This document shows positions 19,720 through 29,345 of a DNA stretch of 64,000 nt, piece after piece; position 1 is the stretch's first letter, and each line of letters begins with the position of its first letter. The stretch comes from a virus (lineage: Duplodnaviria > Caudoviricetes), in IMG/VR virus record IMGVR_UViG_3300033997_000553, positions 2,008 to 66,007 of that record; one strand, written 5' to 3'. The notes beneath the pieces are model-generated. The model searched no databases and was not told the origin of the DNA. It saw nothing but the letters and a program-made list of their open reading frames with translations. The position numbers were made by a program, and so were the translations under genes.

Positions 19720-20193
19720 ATGGCTACCGTGAAACTCAATAGCGCCCACATGCGCCAGTTCGGCAACGCGCCCTATGGCAACGTCACTTCGCTGGCTTTC
19801 GCCCTGGCTACTGCTGCGAACGGCGGCGCCATCGCTGCCGATTCGGCTGCGGCCATCGGCATCGGTGACGTGATCGACCTCGGCCCGCTGCCCGAAGGCA
19901 TGCGGCTCGATGATGCCTCGGTGTTCGTCACCACCGGCATGACCGCCACCATCACCGGCTCCCTCGGCTTCAAGTACGAAGACGGCGTGGACTCGGCGGA
20001 AGTTCCCCAGGATGCGGCCTACTTCGGCGCAGGCATCGACCTGGCGGCTGCCGGCCGCAAGCGCGCCACCGGCTCCAAGCTGGTGACCCTGCCCAAGCCG
20101 GCCCGCCTGATCCTCACCACCGCTGTCGCGGCCAACGCCAAGGCCAGCGATATCAAGGTAGTGGTGACTGGCGAGCAGCTCGGCCCGCGTTAA
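19720..20193 (+). CDS. Putative capsid decoration/cement protein
   Basis: Beta-rich 157 aa directly after the capsid gene, GGAGG RBS. Confidence 0.65.
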   Translation: MATVKLNSAHMRQFGNAPYGNVTSLAFALATAANGGAIAADSAAAIGIGDVIDLGPLPEGMRLDDASVFVTTGMTATITGSLGFKYEDGVDSAEVPQDAAYFGAGIDLAAAGRKRATGSKLVTLPKPARLILTTAVAANAKASDIKVVVTGEQLGPR

Positions 20194-20257
20194 TCGGGAG
20201 CCGCCGCAATAGGGCGAGCCGGCACCGTTCGGCTCGCCCTTCACGCAGGAGTAGGAC

Positions 20258-21145
20258 ATGAAAGTTCTGGTAATCGCCCGAGTGGCGCACGAAATCAACC
20301 GCGCGTACTGCGCCGCCCTGGGCGATGCAGCCCGGCTTGCCTGGGAAGACGCCCCGGAGTGGCAGCAGCAGTCGGTCATTGCCGGCGTGGAAATGCACCT
20401 GGCCAACCCCGACGCCACCCCCGAGCAGTCGCACGAATCCTGGCTGGCGCAGAAGATCGCCGACGGCTGGATCTATGGCCCGATCAAGGACGAGCTGACC
20501 AAGGCTCACCCCTGCTGCCGCCCCTATGCCGAGCTGCCGCCCGAGCAGAAGGCCAAGGACTACCTGTTCCGCGGCGTGGTGCATGCGCTGAAGAGCATTC
20601 CGGACGCCGACGAGGTGGACGTGCAGGCCCTGCGCGACCAGATCGCCGAGCTGCAGACCAAGCTGAAGCTGCCGGCCCAGCCCGGCACGGGTGCTGTGGC
20701 TGCCAACGTCAAGGCCGCGGTCAGCAAGCTGGCGCCCGGCGCCATTGCGGTGAAGTACATCGGCCGCCGCCAGCACTGGACGGACACGCTGTATCGCACC
20801 GGCCTGTCTTTCGACTCCGAGCAGATCCGCCCGCTGCCTGGCAATGTGGCGCGCCAGCTGCTGCGCCACCGCGACCTGTTCGAGGAGGTCGCCCTGGTTG
20901 AAGCGGGCGAAACCCCGCAGGATGACACTGCCGATCTGTTGAAGGTTGGCGAGAAGCTGAAGGCCGAGAAGGACGAGAGCTCTATCGAGTTCGCCGTGAT
21001 CGACCAGGTGAACCAGATGCAAGACAGGGATACCCTGGTCGAGTTCGCCATGAACCGATTCCAGCTCAAGCTGGCCAAGACCAAGAAGCCTGAAACCATG
21101 CGCGCCGAGATCATCGCGCACATCAACCGGTTCGGGATTGTGTAA
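20258..21145 (+). CDS. RyR-domain protein fused to a C-terminal phage domain
   Basis: HESWLAQKIADGWIYGPIKD...HPCCRPYAELPPEQKAKD matches the RyR repeat signature. Confidence 0.8.
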   Translation: MKVLVIARVAHEINRAYCAALGDAARLAWEDAPEWQQQSVIAGVEMHLANPDATPEQSHESWLAQKIADGWIYGPIKDELTKAHPCCRPYAELPPEQKAKDYLFRGVVHALKSIPDADEVDVQALRDQIAELQTKLKLPAQPGTGAVAANVKAAVSKLAPGAIAVKYIGRRQHWTDTLYRTGLSFDSEQIRPLPGNVARQLLRHRDLFEEVALVEAGETPQDDTADLLKVGEKLKAEKDESSIEFAVIDQVNQMQDRDTLVEFAMNRFQLKLAKTKKPETMRAEIIAHINRFGIV

Positions 21146-21816
21146 TGACCCGCGACGAGCTGATTGCAGTCTTCCGCATCGACACCCAGGACACGGTAGG
21201 TCCGAGGTTCTTCTTCGAGACGCCCTGGGTGGCGCAGTGGTTGGCCGAAGCGGAAGCCGAGGCTGCCATTCGCGGGCGGTTGCTGCATGAGGCTCAGTCA
21301 CCGCGGGTGTGCGAGATCGATGTTTCTGCCGGGGTATCGGTCTATCCGCTGCATTCGGCCCTGTACGAGATCAGCCACATTGCCTTCCGGCCTGCCGGCG
21401 CCAGTCGGCGCGAGCGGGTCGTGCTTGCTTCTGCCGAAGAACTGGACCGCACCTGGCCGAGCTGGCGCGACGAGCAGGGGCAGCCGCGCTACGCCATCCA
21501 GGGTGATACCTCGATCCGCCTGGCGCCCATGCCGGACGCCGCCGGCACCCTGCTGCTGGAGGGCTATCGCCTGCCGCTCAAGTCCCTGGCCGAGAGCGGC
21601 ACCTCATCGCCCGAGATCCATCAGGCGCATCACCGCCACCTGATCGCCTGGGCCAAGTACCGGGCGTTCAGCATTCCCGACTCCGAAACCCTGGACCTGG
21701 GCAAGGCGGGTGATGCCCTGCGCGAATTTACCGGCTATTTCGGCGAGCGCCCGGACAGCGACCTGCGCCGGATCACCCGCGAGGACGGCCCTCACCACAA
21801 CGTGGCCTGGACCTAA
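21145..21816 (+). CDS. Putative head-tail adaptor
   Basis: WLAEAEAEAAIR, IRLAPMPD, PEIHQAHHRHLIAWAKYRAF pattern of podovirus adaptors. Confidence 0.7.
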   Translation: MTRDELIAVFRIDTQDTVGPRFFFETPWVAQWLAEAEAEAAIRGRLLHEAQSPRVCEIDVSAGVSVYPLHSALYEISHIAFRPAGASRRERVVLASAEELDRTWPSWRDEQGQPRYAIQGDTSIRLAPMPDAAGTLLLEGYRLPLKSLAESGTSSPEIHQAHHRHLIAWAKYRAFSIPDSETLDLGKAGDALREFTGYFGERPDSDLRRITREDGPHHNVAWT

Positions 21817-21858
21817 CCCCCTGTAGGGTTCGCCGCTTTTTGCTCCGCTCTATAGCTT
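21816..21858 (+). promoter_or_regulatory. Late-promoter motif copy 4 (lysis operon)
   Basis: ACCCCCTGTAGGGTT-22 nt-TAGCTT. Confidence 0.75.
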
Positions 21859-21896
21859 GCCCTCACATGCAGAGCAGCCAGAACAGGAGCACCCAC

Positions 21897-22148
21897 ATGG
21901 CGCAGCAGGTCCACGAAGGCGTCGTCGAGACCCTGGCCGTTTCCATTTCGAACAAGGGCATGCTCGGCGGGGCCATTGCTGGCCTCTACGGCTGGCTGAT
22001 CCAGGTGAACTGGATTGGCCTGGGCGGCTTCCTGATCGCCCTGATCGGTTTGTCGGCAAACATCTACTTCCAGCATCGCCGCGATAAGCGTGAGGCAGTC
22101 GAAAGCGCAGCCAGGCTGGCGGCTATGCGGGAGCGGTGCGACACATGA
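21897..22148 (+). CDS. Holin
   Basis: Two hydrophobic segments, charged tail, upstream of lysozyme; AGGAG RBS. Confidence 0.85.
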   Translation: MAQQVHEGVVETLAVSISNKGMLGGAIAGLYGWLIQVNWIGLGGFLIALIGLSANIYFQHRRDKREAVESAARLAAMRERCDT

Positions 22149-22654
22149 AGCGCACCCGGGCCCTGGCGCTCACCCTGGTCATGAGCGCGACTGGCTTCGC
22201 CGGCTGGAAGGCGTCCGAGGGTTTCACCGCGACGGCGGAGATCCCGACCAAGGGCGACGTGCCAACCATCGGCCACGGCTCGACTCGGTACGAAGATGGC
22301 ACGCCGGTGGAACTGACCGACCCGCCGATCACGCGCGAGCGCGCCGCCATTCTGGCCCGCAACCTGATCCGCGTTGACGAGCAGGCCCTGGCCGCCTCGC
22401 TGCCTGGCGTGAGCCTGTACCAGGAGGAGTTTGACCTCTACCTCGACTTCATCGGGCAGTACGGCATCGGCAACTGGCGCAAGTCAGCGATGCGCCGCGA
22501 GCTGCTGGCCGGACGGTATGTGCAGGCCTGCGACGCGCTACTGCTGTGGAGACGGGCGGCCGGCTACGACTGCTCGACGCCGGGCAACAAACGCTGCTGG
22601 GGCGTCTGGGAGCGGCAGCTGCAGCGCCACGCCAAGTGCCGGGGTGCGCAATGA
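22145..22654 (+). CDS. Endolysin (GH24 lysozyme, probably SAR type)
   Basis: N-terminal hydrophobic anchor; EG-x-D-x-T triad (SEGF...GDVPTIGHG). Confidence 0.9.
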   Translation: MKRTRALALTLVMSATGFAGWKASEGFTATAEIPTKGDVPTIGHGSTRYEDGTPVELTDPPITRERAAILARNLIRVDEQALAASLPGVSLYQEEFDLYLDFIGQYGIGNWRKSAMRRELLAGRYVQACDALLLWRRAAGYDCSTPGNKRCWGVWERQLQRHAKCRGAQ

Positions 22655-23142
22655 CTCGCGTGCTGCTGATCCTCGCCGGCGCCCTGGGCGTTCTGCTGCT
22701 GGCCGCGCTCTGGCGTCTCGATCATGTGACAGCGGAGCGTGACACCGCCGTGACGGCCGCGACGGCGAGTGACGCCACGGCCGCGTCACTGCGCGTCACG
22801 CTGCGTCTCCAGCGCGAACTGGCCACGGACCAGGCCGCTATCGAAACCACCTACCTCGAGGAGAAACAGAGTGCTGAAGACGAAGCCGAGCGCCTGCGTC
22901 GCTGCCTTGCTGATGGCACTTGCGGGCTGCGGGTCGCAGCCACCTGCCCAGCAGTGCGAGTGGACGGAGCCGGGCCCGCTGCCGGCGAGCCTGATGCAGG
23001 AGCCCCAAGACTTACAGCCGCTGCTGAACGAGCTTATCCAGCCCTCGTTTCCGGCCTCAAGCAGCAGCGAGCGCAAATAACCGGCCTCCAGGCCGAACTC
23101 ACCACCCTGCACAGCAAGTGCAAGATAGGAGTGACACCATGA
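22651..23142 (+). CDS. i-spanin (Rz)
   Basis: N-terminal TM plus coiled coil, GLRVAATCP, APRL. Confidence 0.88.
   Translation: MTRVLLILAGALGVLLLAALWRLDHVTAERDTAVTAATASDATAASLRVTLRLQRELATDQAAIETTYLEEKQSAEDEAERLRRCLADGTCGLRVAATCPAVRVDGAGPAAGEPDAGAPRLTAAAERAYPALVSGLKQQRAQITGLQAELTTLHSKCKIGVTP
22871..23080 (+). CDS. o-spanin lipoprotein (Rz1) embedded in Rz
   Basis: Shifted-frame GTG start, lipobox LAGC, Pro-rich mature part. Confidence 0.85.
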   Translation: MLKTKPSACVAALLMALAGCGSQPPAQQCEWTEPGPLPASLMQEPQDLQPLLNELIQPSFPASSSSERK

Positions 23143-23894
23143 TCAAACCCACCGTTGGCCGCGTCGTTTGGTATTGGCCTGCCGCCTACGACCTCGCGCA
23201 GGGCGTGTTCGCCTACCCAGGCAGCGACCAGCCGATGGCTGCCACTGTCGCCTTCGTGCACAGCGATCGCATGGTCAATCTGTCGGTGGTGGACCACAAC
23301 GGCACGCCGTTCGATAAGCGCAGTGTGACCCTGCTGCAGGAAGGCGATGCGGTGCGCGACCACGCCGGCTATGCCGAATGGATGCCGTTCCAGAAGGGGC
23401 AGGCGGCCAAGATCGAGCAGCTTGCAGTACAGTTGAAGGATGCCCCGGCGACCATCACCGTGCCGCCGTCCGCTGACCTGGCGATCGAGCAGGAGATCCA
23501 GGCTAAGGGCCTGACAGCGCCGCGCATTACCCCGGCCGACCTTCAAGCGAACATCGCCAGCGAGTTGTATTTCACGGCCTTCGACGGCATCACGGGCTAC
23601 TACGTCAACGATGGGCGCGAGATCAATCCGACCGCCCGCGAGGAATTGCCGAAGACACTGGGACTGCTGACCTTCTGCGTGCTGGTGCTGCGCAACGGCT
23701 TCACCGTCACCGGGGAGAGCGCCTGCGCCAGTCCGGAGAACTTCGACGCCGAGATCGGCCGCAAGATCGCCCGCGACAACGCCGTAGCCAAGGTCTGGCC
23801 GCTGATGGGCTACCAGTTGCGCGAGCGCCTGCACCAGCGTGCGCTGTTTGAAGCCGAGCCGCAGTGCGCGGTGGCTGCCAGTAAGGAGAGCTGA
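23139..23894 (+). CDS. Fusion of an unknown beta domain and an N4 gp49/Sf6 gp66-family domain
   Basis: C-terminal LTFCVLVLRNGFTVTGESACASPENFDAEIGRKIARDNA signature. Confidence 0.85.
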   Translation: MIKPTVGRVVWYWPAAYDLAQGVFAYPGSDQPMAATVAFVHSDRMVNLSVVDHNGTPFDKRSVTLLQEGDAVRDHAGYAEWMPFQKGQAAKIEQLAVQLKDAPATITVPPSADLAIEQEIQAKGLTAPRITPADLQANIASELYFTAFDGITGYYVNDGREINPTAREELPKTLGLLTFCVLVLRNGFTVTGESACASPENFDAEIGRKIARDNAVAKVWPLMGYQLRERLHQRALFEAEPQCAVAASKES

Positions 23895-23895
23895 T

Positions 23896-24123
23896 ATGTC
23901 GTCAAAAGTCCTTTCCACCCAGTTCTCCACCCAGTACCGCTCCAGGGAGCCGCGGCTGCTCATTGTCCGCACCAATGGCGGCTCCCTGGTCGTTGAAAAG
24001 CTGGTCGGAGCGAACTGGGTTGCCGCGGATACCTTCACGGCCGATGGCGCCCACCTGATGCAGTTCGGCGCAGGGCCGGTGCGGTTTACCCCATCCAACG
24101 GCGCGGAGTACTCGATCGAATGA
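23896..24123 (+). CDS. Small hypothetical protein
   Basis: AAGGAG RBS; overlaps the next gene. Confidence 0.7.
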   Translation: MSSKVLSTQFSTQYRSREPRLLIVRTNGGSLVVEKLVGANWVAADTFTADGAHLMQFGAGPVRFTPSNGAEYSIE

Positions 24124-25487
24124 GCCTGCTACTCAATCCCGCGGCGCCAGTCATTGCTGCGCGCGGCTATCGCTTGGCGATCATTGGTGAGTCATTGGCC
24201 GAGCACCATCACACGGCAAACTCGTCCCTTAAGCTGTCGAGCTGGTCGCGCGGCTTCATCAACTGGTCGCAGGTACTGAACCCTGGCTTGTTCACCTTCG
24301 ACGTGTGGTATGACGCAACTGTACGCCCAGGCTGGGAGCCAACTGGCGCAGGCTCTACAGTCAGTTTTCGCGGCGCCAATGCAGGCGTAGGCGGGCAGAC
24401 TTCTTCGCAGATCGTCGCCCGCCATCGCTACCTGATCGATAACACCGACTACGACATCATCGTGATCAGCGCCGGCACGAACGACATGGCCTCGGTTGCT
24501 GCGGATACGATTGCCGCTAATCGTCAGGCGCTGGTGGATGCATTCATTGCTGCAGGCAAGCTGGTGATTCTGCTTCCCGTTCTGATGCGTGACGATGTGA
24601 GCTGGACGACTGCATCCGGCTACCGCAAGAAGTGTCACTACGTGAATCAGAAGGCGCGCGAGCTGGTAGCCAGCCGCCGCAACTGCTTCATGTTCGACTG
24701 GAACGAATACTGGATCGATTTCAACAGCGCGAATGGCAACCCGAAGGCTGGGTACTCGCCTGATGGCATTCACACTACGACACTTGCTGGATATGCCATC
24801 GGCAAGATGTTCGGCCAGTTCATGGCGCGTATTCTTCCTCTCGGCTCTCGCCGCGTAGTGGCTCCAGACGACCTGTTTGACGCCGCGCTTAACCCGCTTG
24901 GCAACAAGGCAGCCAACCCGATGTTGACCGGGGCCGGTGGCACTGTGTCGGCACCGGTTACCGGAACCTGCGCCGACAGCTATCGCATCCTGCGCAACAC
25001 CTCCATAGGCTGCGCTTGCGCTGCCAGCAAAGAAGCGCGTGCCGATGGCCGCGGTAACTATCAGGTGCTGACGTTCACGCCGAACCAGGTTGCCGGCACC
25101 GAGCTGTTCTATTGGCAGACCGCGACAACTGACATCGCGCATAACCTCCCTGTTGGCACCTGGGTGCGTGCCTCGATGGAGGTCGATGTCTCCGCCTGGG
25201 CTGGCTGGCAAGGCATAACCATGCACCTTCGCGACAATGCAGTCGGCGGGATTCTGGCCTACGGCATGGAAGACTACTCAGCAGACCAGTGGCCGACTGA
25301 GACGTGGAGTGGCGTCATCTTCACTCCGCCTTTCCAGATCATCAATGCGTCGAGCACTTTGCGTTTCCAGCCGCGGATCAAGATCGACAACTCGAAGACA
25401 GGTTCCGGCGTGCTCAAGATTGGGGCTCCCGAGCTGCGCCCATGCGCCGACCCGCGCACCCTGGTCAACTACCGCGAGTCCGCATGA
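24120..25487 (+). CDS. SGNH/GDSL esterase with a C-terminal carbohydrate-binding-like domain (putative tailspike)
   Basis: IIGESL, GVGGQTS, AGTND, DGIH blocks. Confidence 0.8.
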   Translation: MSLLLNPAAPVIAARGYRLAIIGESLAEHHHTANSSLKLSSWSRGFINWSQVLNPGLFTFDVWYDATVRPGWEPTGAGSTVSFRGANAGVGGQTSSQIVARHRYLIDNTDYDIIVISAGTNDMASVAADTIAANRQALVDAFIAAGKLVILLPVLMRDDVSWTTASGYRKKCHYVNQKARELVASRRNCFMFDWNEYWIDFNSANGNPKAGYSPDGIHTTTLAGYAIGKMFGQFMARILPLGSRRVVAPDDLFDAALNPLGNKAANPMLTGAGGTVSAPVTGTCADSYRILRNTSIGCACAASKEARADGRGNYQVLTFTPNQVAGTELFYWQTATTDIAHNLPVGTWVRASMEVDVSAWAGWQGITMHLRDNAVGGILAYGMEDYSADQWPTETWSGVIFTPPFQIINASSTLRFQPRIKIDNSKTGSGVLKIGAPELRPCADPRTLVNYRESA

Positions 25488-25508
25488 GCATGAGCAAGGA
25501 GAATCGCC

Positions 25509-26111
25509 GTGGCGCCTGAAATCGACCTCACCATCATCCGCGGCAAGACCTTCGAGTTCGCCTACCTGTATGCGGACGACGAGCTGCTGTACCTGCCGAT
25601 CACGGCGATGCCGAGCAAGGCACCTGTCCAGCTCACCGTGGCTGTGCACGGCATCCCCGAAGGCTGGCCGGTGCAGGTGCAGTGCGTCAAGGCGCCGGCC
25701 GAGCTGAACAGCGAGGATGGCGCATGCCACTTCGTTACGGTGGTCGACGCCAACACCATCGAGCTGAATGCGGTGAACGCGCACTGCTGGAAGCCGTTTT
25801 CTGGCTCTGGCCTGGTGGTGCTCAGCAAGCCGGTCGCCCTGGCCGGCTGGCACTGCCGGGCTCAGGTGCGCGACAAGGTGGGCGGAACCGTGCTGTTCAC
25901 CTGGCACAGCGATCCAGCCGAGGCCCCGGATGGGCTGGCGCTGGTCGACGTGGCGCGCAGCCAGTTCGTGCTGACCATGAATGCAGCGACTGCTGCGGCG
26001 TTGACCTGGAAGCGTGGCGTCTACGACGTGGAAGCGATCGCCCCGGGCGGCGAGGTGTATCCGCTGACGGCGATCAGCCAGGTTGTCGTTGCTGACGAGG
26101 TGACCGTATGA
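25509..26111 (+). CDS. Putative tail-associated protein
   Basis: DLTIIRGKTF...RAQVR...GVYDVE pattern typical of fibre-attachment proteins. Confidence 0.65.
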   Translation: MAPEIDLTIIRGKTFEFAYLYADDELLYLPITAMPSKAPVQLTVAVHGIPEGWPVQVQCVKAPAELNSEDGACHFVTVVDANTIELNAVNAHCWKPFSGSGLVVLSKPVALAGWHCRAQVRDKVGGTVLFTWHSDPAEAPDGLALVDVARSQFVLTMNAATAAALTWKRGVYDVEAIAPGGEVYPLTAISQVVVADEVTV

Positions 26112-27862
26112 GCGGTGTGATCGTGGTCAAGCAGGGGCAGCGCCGGGCCGTGATCGCCGCCGGTCAGCGCGGGCGCGCTGGGGTCGGGTTCGACGATGCG
26201 CCAGCCGACGGCGAGTTCTACGCCAGGAAGGACAGCACCTGGTCTCCGATTGCATCTGCCGTGGCCGGTGTAGCGACCTTCAATGGCCGAGGTGGCGCCG
26301 TTACCCTGGTCGGCGGCGACGTGATCGGTGCGCTCGGCTTTTCCCCCGCGACAGCCGCCCAGGGCGCCAAGGCGGACACGGCCGTCCAGCCTGGCGCGCT
26401 GGCTCTGGTTGCCACCAGTGGCGCTTATGCGGATCTGGCAGGGAAGCCGTTCATTCCTGCTGCCCCGGGCGATATCGGCGCGGCTTCATCGGCGCAGGGC
26501 GCTCTGGCTGACACCGCTGTTCAGCCTACAGTGCTGGCCGCTGGCCTGGACGCCAAGGTCGACAAGCTGGCTGGCTACGGTCTCAGCCAGTCCGACTTCA
26601 CTGCAGCGGAGAAAGCGAAGCTGGCGGCGCTGGAGAGCAGCCACTTCAAGGGCACCTTCACCAATCTGGTGGCCCTGCAGGCGGCTTATCCAACCGCCTC
26701 GGTCGGCGACTATGCCGATGTGGATGCCGGCGCCGGTGATCCGGTGCTGCGCTACATCTGGGACGCCAGCGACAGCGAGTGGGTGGCGCAGGCCGGCAGC
26801 GCCGACCCCGTTACCGCTGCCCAGGTCAAAACCCTCTACGAGTCGAACCCAGATACCAACGCCTTCACGGACGCCGAGCAGGCGAAGCTGGGTGGCGTGG
26901 CTGCCGGCGCCACGGCAAACGCCAACACCGACAGCCTGGCCGAGGGCGCGACCAACCTGTACCACACCGAGGCACGGGTGCGCGGCACGGTACTGACCGG
27001 GCTCAGCCTTCTCGCGGGCGGCGCTATCTCAGCGGCTGACACCCTGCTGTCCGCGCTGGGCAAGCTGCAGAAGCAGATCACTGACGCGGTGACGAGCATC
27101 GGCGGCAAGCAGGACACGCTGGTCAGCGGCACGAACCTCAAGACCGTGAACGGGACCAGCCTGCTGGGTAGCGGTGACCTGACGATTACCGGTAGCGCGG
27201 ACAACTCGACAGAAACGGTAGCCATCAGCTCTGGCACCCTGAACCTGAGCGCGACCACGAAGGAAGTGATCGTCGTCGACCTGAACCAGAACGTCACCAC
27301 TGTCACCATGCCCGCAGGCGTTGCTGGTCAGGCGGTAAACCGGCGCATCGTATTCACGCAGTCTGGGGCAGCGAACTTCACGGTAGCGGGCTGGGGCAGC
27401 GTCTCTATCGAGGGCGGCACCGCACCTACAGCCTCGACAGGCACCGGCGCGGTCACCGAGTACATGCTGTCGAACACCAACAACGGTGGCTGGCGGATGT
27501 ACGTGGACCAGTCGAGCAGCGTGTCGAGCAGCCAGTTGGCAAAAGCATGGGTGAACTTCAATGGCACGGGAACCGTGGCCATCCGAGCCAGCTACAACGT
27601 GAGCAGTATCACGGACAACGGGACCGGTGATTACACGGTCAACTTCACAACGGCGATGGTGGACGCCAACTACGCAGTTTCGGGAACCGTTGGGTCCGGT
27701 ACTGTCACGACAGACGACGGGTACTGGATTAGCGAACGCAGCCCCGACACAGCCCGCAGTTCGTCATCTGTGCGCATCGTAACGAAGCAGCACGGTGCGG
27801 CATCTAGTTGGGGTCCGAACCCGACTGACCTGACACATATATCTCTCACTGTGTTCCGCTAA
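26108..27862 (+). CDS. Tail fibre protein
   Basis: DAPADG..YARKD, FNGRGGAV, two AQGA.ADTAVQP repeats, AKAWVNFNG C-terminal domain. Confidence 0.85.
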   Translation: MSGVIVVKQGQRRAVIAAGQRGRAGVGFDDAPADGEFYARKDSTWSPIASAVAGVATFNGRGGAVTLVGGDVIGALGFSPATAAQGAKADTAVQPGALALVATSGAYADLAGKPFIPAAPGDIGAASSAQGALADTAVQPTVLAAGLDAKVDKLAGYGLSQSDFTAAEKAKLAALESSHFKGTFTNLVALQAAYPTASVGDYADVDAGAGDPVLRYIWDASDSEWVAQAGSADPVTAAQVKTLYESNPDTNAFTDAEQAKLGGVAAGATANANTDSLAEGATNLYHTEARVRGTVLTGLSLLAGGAISAADTLLSALGKLQKQITDAVTSIGGKQDTLVSGTNLKTVNGTSLLGSGDLTITGSADNSTETVAISSGTLNLSATTKEVIVVDLNQNVTTVTMPAGVAGQAVNRRIVFTQSGAANFTVAGWGSVSIEGGTAPTASTGTGAVTEYMLSNTNNGGWRMYVDQSSSVSSSQLAKAWVNFNGTGTVAIRASYNVSSITDNGTGDYTVNFTTAMVDANYAVSGTVGSGTVTTDDGYWISERSPDTARSSSSVRIVTKQHGAASSWGPNPTDLTHISLTVFR

Positions 27863-27871
27863 GGAAAACTC

Positions 27872-28105
27872 ATGAACGCTATCGTGTACGCACAAGAGAA
27901 CGGGGTCGCCGCCGTGGTGTGGCCGGCCACAGACAATCTCTCAACGGAAGAGCTTCTGTCCGTTGGTCATAAGGACATTCCGCAGGGCGCGCCATTTTGG
28001 ATCGTTCCGGCTGACAGCATCCCGGTAGACCGAACTTTCCGCGATGCCTGGGAGCTGGACCCGGCTAGTCTCGGTGAGCCGGCCGGGTTCGGGGGTGCCG
28101 CATGA
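27872..28105 (+). CDS. Tail-fibre-associated small protein
   Basis: KDIPQGAPFWIV...DRTFRDAW motif typical downstream of fibres. Confidence 0.7.
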   Translation: MNAIVYAQENGVAAVVWPATDNLSTEELLSVGHKDIPQGAPFWIVPADSIPVDRTFRDAWELDPASLGEPAGFGGAA

Positions 28106-28341
28106 TCGTCATCAACCGAGCTAAGGCCGAGGCCTCTACCCGCGACCGCCTGCGGGCAGAGCGCGAGCCCCGCCTAGCAGAACTGGACGTGAGGTTCATG
28201 CGCGCCCTGGAGGCAGGAGAGGACACCGCGCCAATCGCTTCGGCCAAGCAGGCGCTGCGCGACGTTACCGAGAAGCCGCTGGATGGACTCACCATCGAGC
28301 AGCTTACCGCGCTGACCCTGGACGGGGCGCTGGCGCTATGA
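28102..28341 (+). CDS. Tail fibre assembly-like protein
   Basis: LRAEREPRLAELD...KQALRDVT. Confidence 0.7.
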   Translation: MIVINRAKAEASTRDRLRAEREPRLAELDVRFMRALEAGEDTAPIASAKQALRDVTEKPLDGLTIEQLTALTLDGALAL

Positions 28342-28985
28342 TCCCGCTACTCCTGCGCCGGGGTAGCAGCGCATTTGAGGCACCTATCGTGCCAAAGAGC
28401 TTCGTCGACCAAACCAGTGGAAGCAGTACGACCAACAACTCAACGTCCGTTGCCCGACCAACAACGTTGGCCGGCGACGTGTTGATATTTTATATGCTGA
28501 CAGTGAGTTCCGTTGTCGTTACCGTACCGGAAGGGTGGACACCAGTTTCCGATACTGTGAACAGCGGGCAGCGTCTTTTTCTCGCAAGCAAGATCGCTAC
28601 CGGGTCTGAGCCAACGAGCTATACATTCACGACTACCGGAACGAGTTTTAGGTCCTGGTGGTGTGCTTCGTATCGAGGCGCGACAACGGTTACCGCGGGC
28701 GCGCTCGCAACAGGTACTTGGGGACCAAGTTCCGCAGTTGCTCCCCAGATATCCATGCCGTCGCAGGGTATACTGATCGCGGCTCTTTGCAACGTCGCTG
28801 GTGGTTCTAACCAAAGCGTGAGCACGCCACCGACCGGTATGGATTCTAGGATAGTCTTGACCAACACCGTGTACTGCTTGTCCACCTACGATAAACTTGA
28901 TCAGGCTGCAGGCGCTACCGGTACAAGAACCGCCGTTTGGACCGGCACCGGCCGGACGTTTGCCCAACTCATCGGGCTGACCTGA
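28338..28985 (+). CDS. Ser/Thr-rich beta protein, possible secondary receptor-binding protein
   Basis: GDVLI...PEGWT...EPTSYTF; lower GC than flanks. Confidence 0.65.
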   Translation: MIPLLLRRGSSAFEAPIVPKSFVDQTSGSSTTNNSTSVARPTTLAGDVLIFYMLTVSSVVVTVPEGWTPVSDTVNSGQRLFLASKIATGSEPTSYTFTTTGTSFRSWWCASYRGATTVTAGALATGTWGPSSAVAPQISMPSQGILIAALCNVAGGSNQSVSTPPTGMDSRIVLTNTVYCLSTYDKLDQAAGATGTRTAVWTGTGRTFAQLIGLT

Positions 28986-29003
28986 AATGGCGTTCGGCTG
29001 GCT

Positions 29004-29270
29004 TTATTGCCAGAGCGGCTGAAGTATCCGGCGCCAGAGAGGCGGGCGCGGCTTGGTGCTGACCCACTCAGCCGGAAAGCACTTCTCCGGCCTGGTGATC
29101 TTCAAGCACATAGGCGCCGATACGCCGATCAGCGCGTGCTTCTTCTGGATCTCGCAGACCCTGATGGTGATGCCGGCCTGCAGTTGCTCAAGCAGCTGCT
29201 CGGCGGCGGTGCCAGGTTCGACCGTCAGCAGCAGCTGCTGGCCGGCCTTGCGGTAGATGTTGAGCCCCAT
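29004..29270 (-). CDS. CsrA/Rsm-family RNA-binding protein, RsmN(RsmF)-like
   Basis: RKAGQ...internal helix AEQLLEQL...IGVSAP...ITRPE aligns to CsrA IGVNAP...HREE. Confidence 0.8.
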   Translation of the reverse strand: MGLNIYRKAGQQLLLTVEPGTAAEQLLEQLQAGITIRVCEIQKKHALIGVSAPMCLKITRPEKCFPAEWVSTKPRPPLWRRILQPLWQ

Positions 29271-29345
29271 GTACGCCTCCGTGCGTGCGAGATAGCCGCC
29301 TTCCTGGCGGCAGTGACAGCGTAGACCATGCCTGAGGCTGTAGGG

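Noticed and set aside
26108-28985. Diversity-generating retroelement or invertible tail-fibre cassette
   Set aside because: No reverse transcriptase, invertase or TR/VR repeat pair seen
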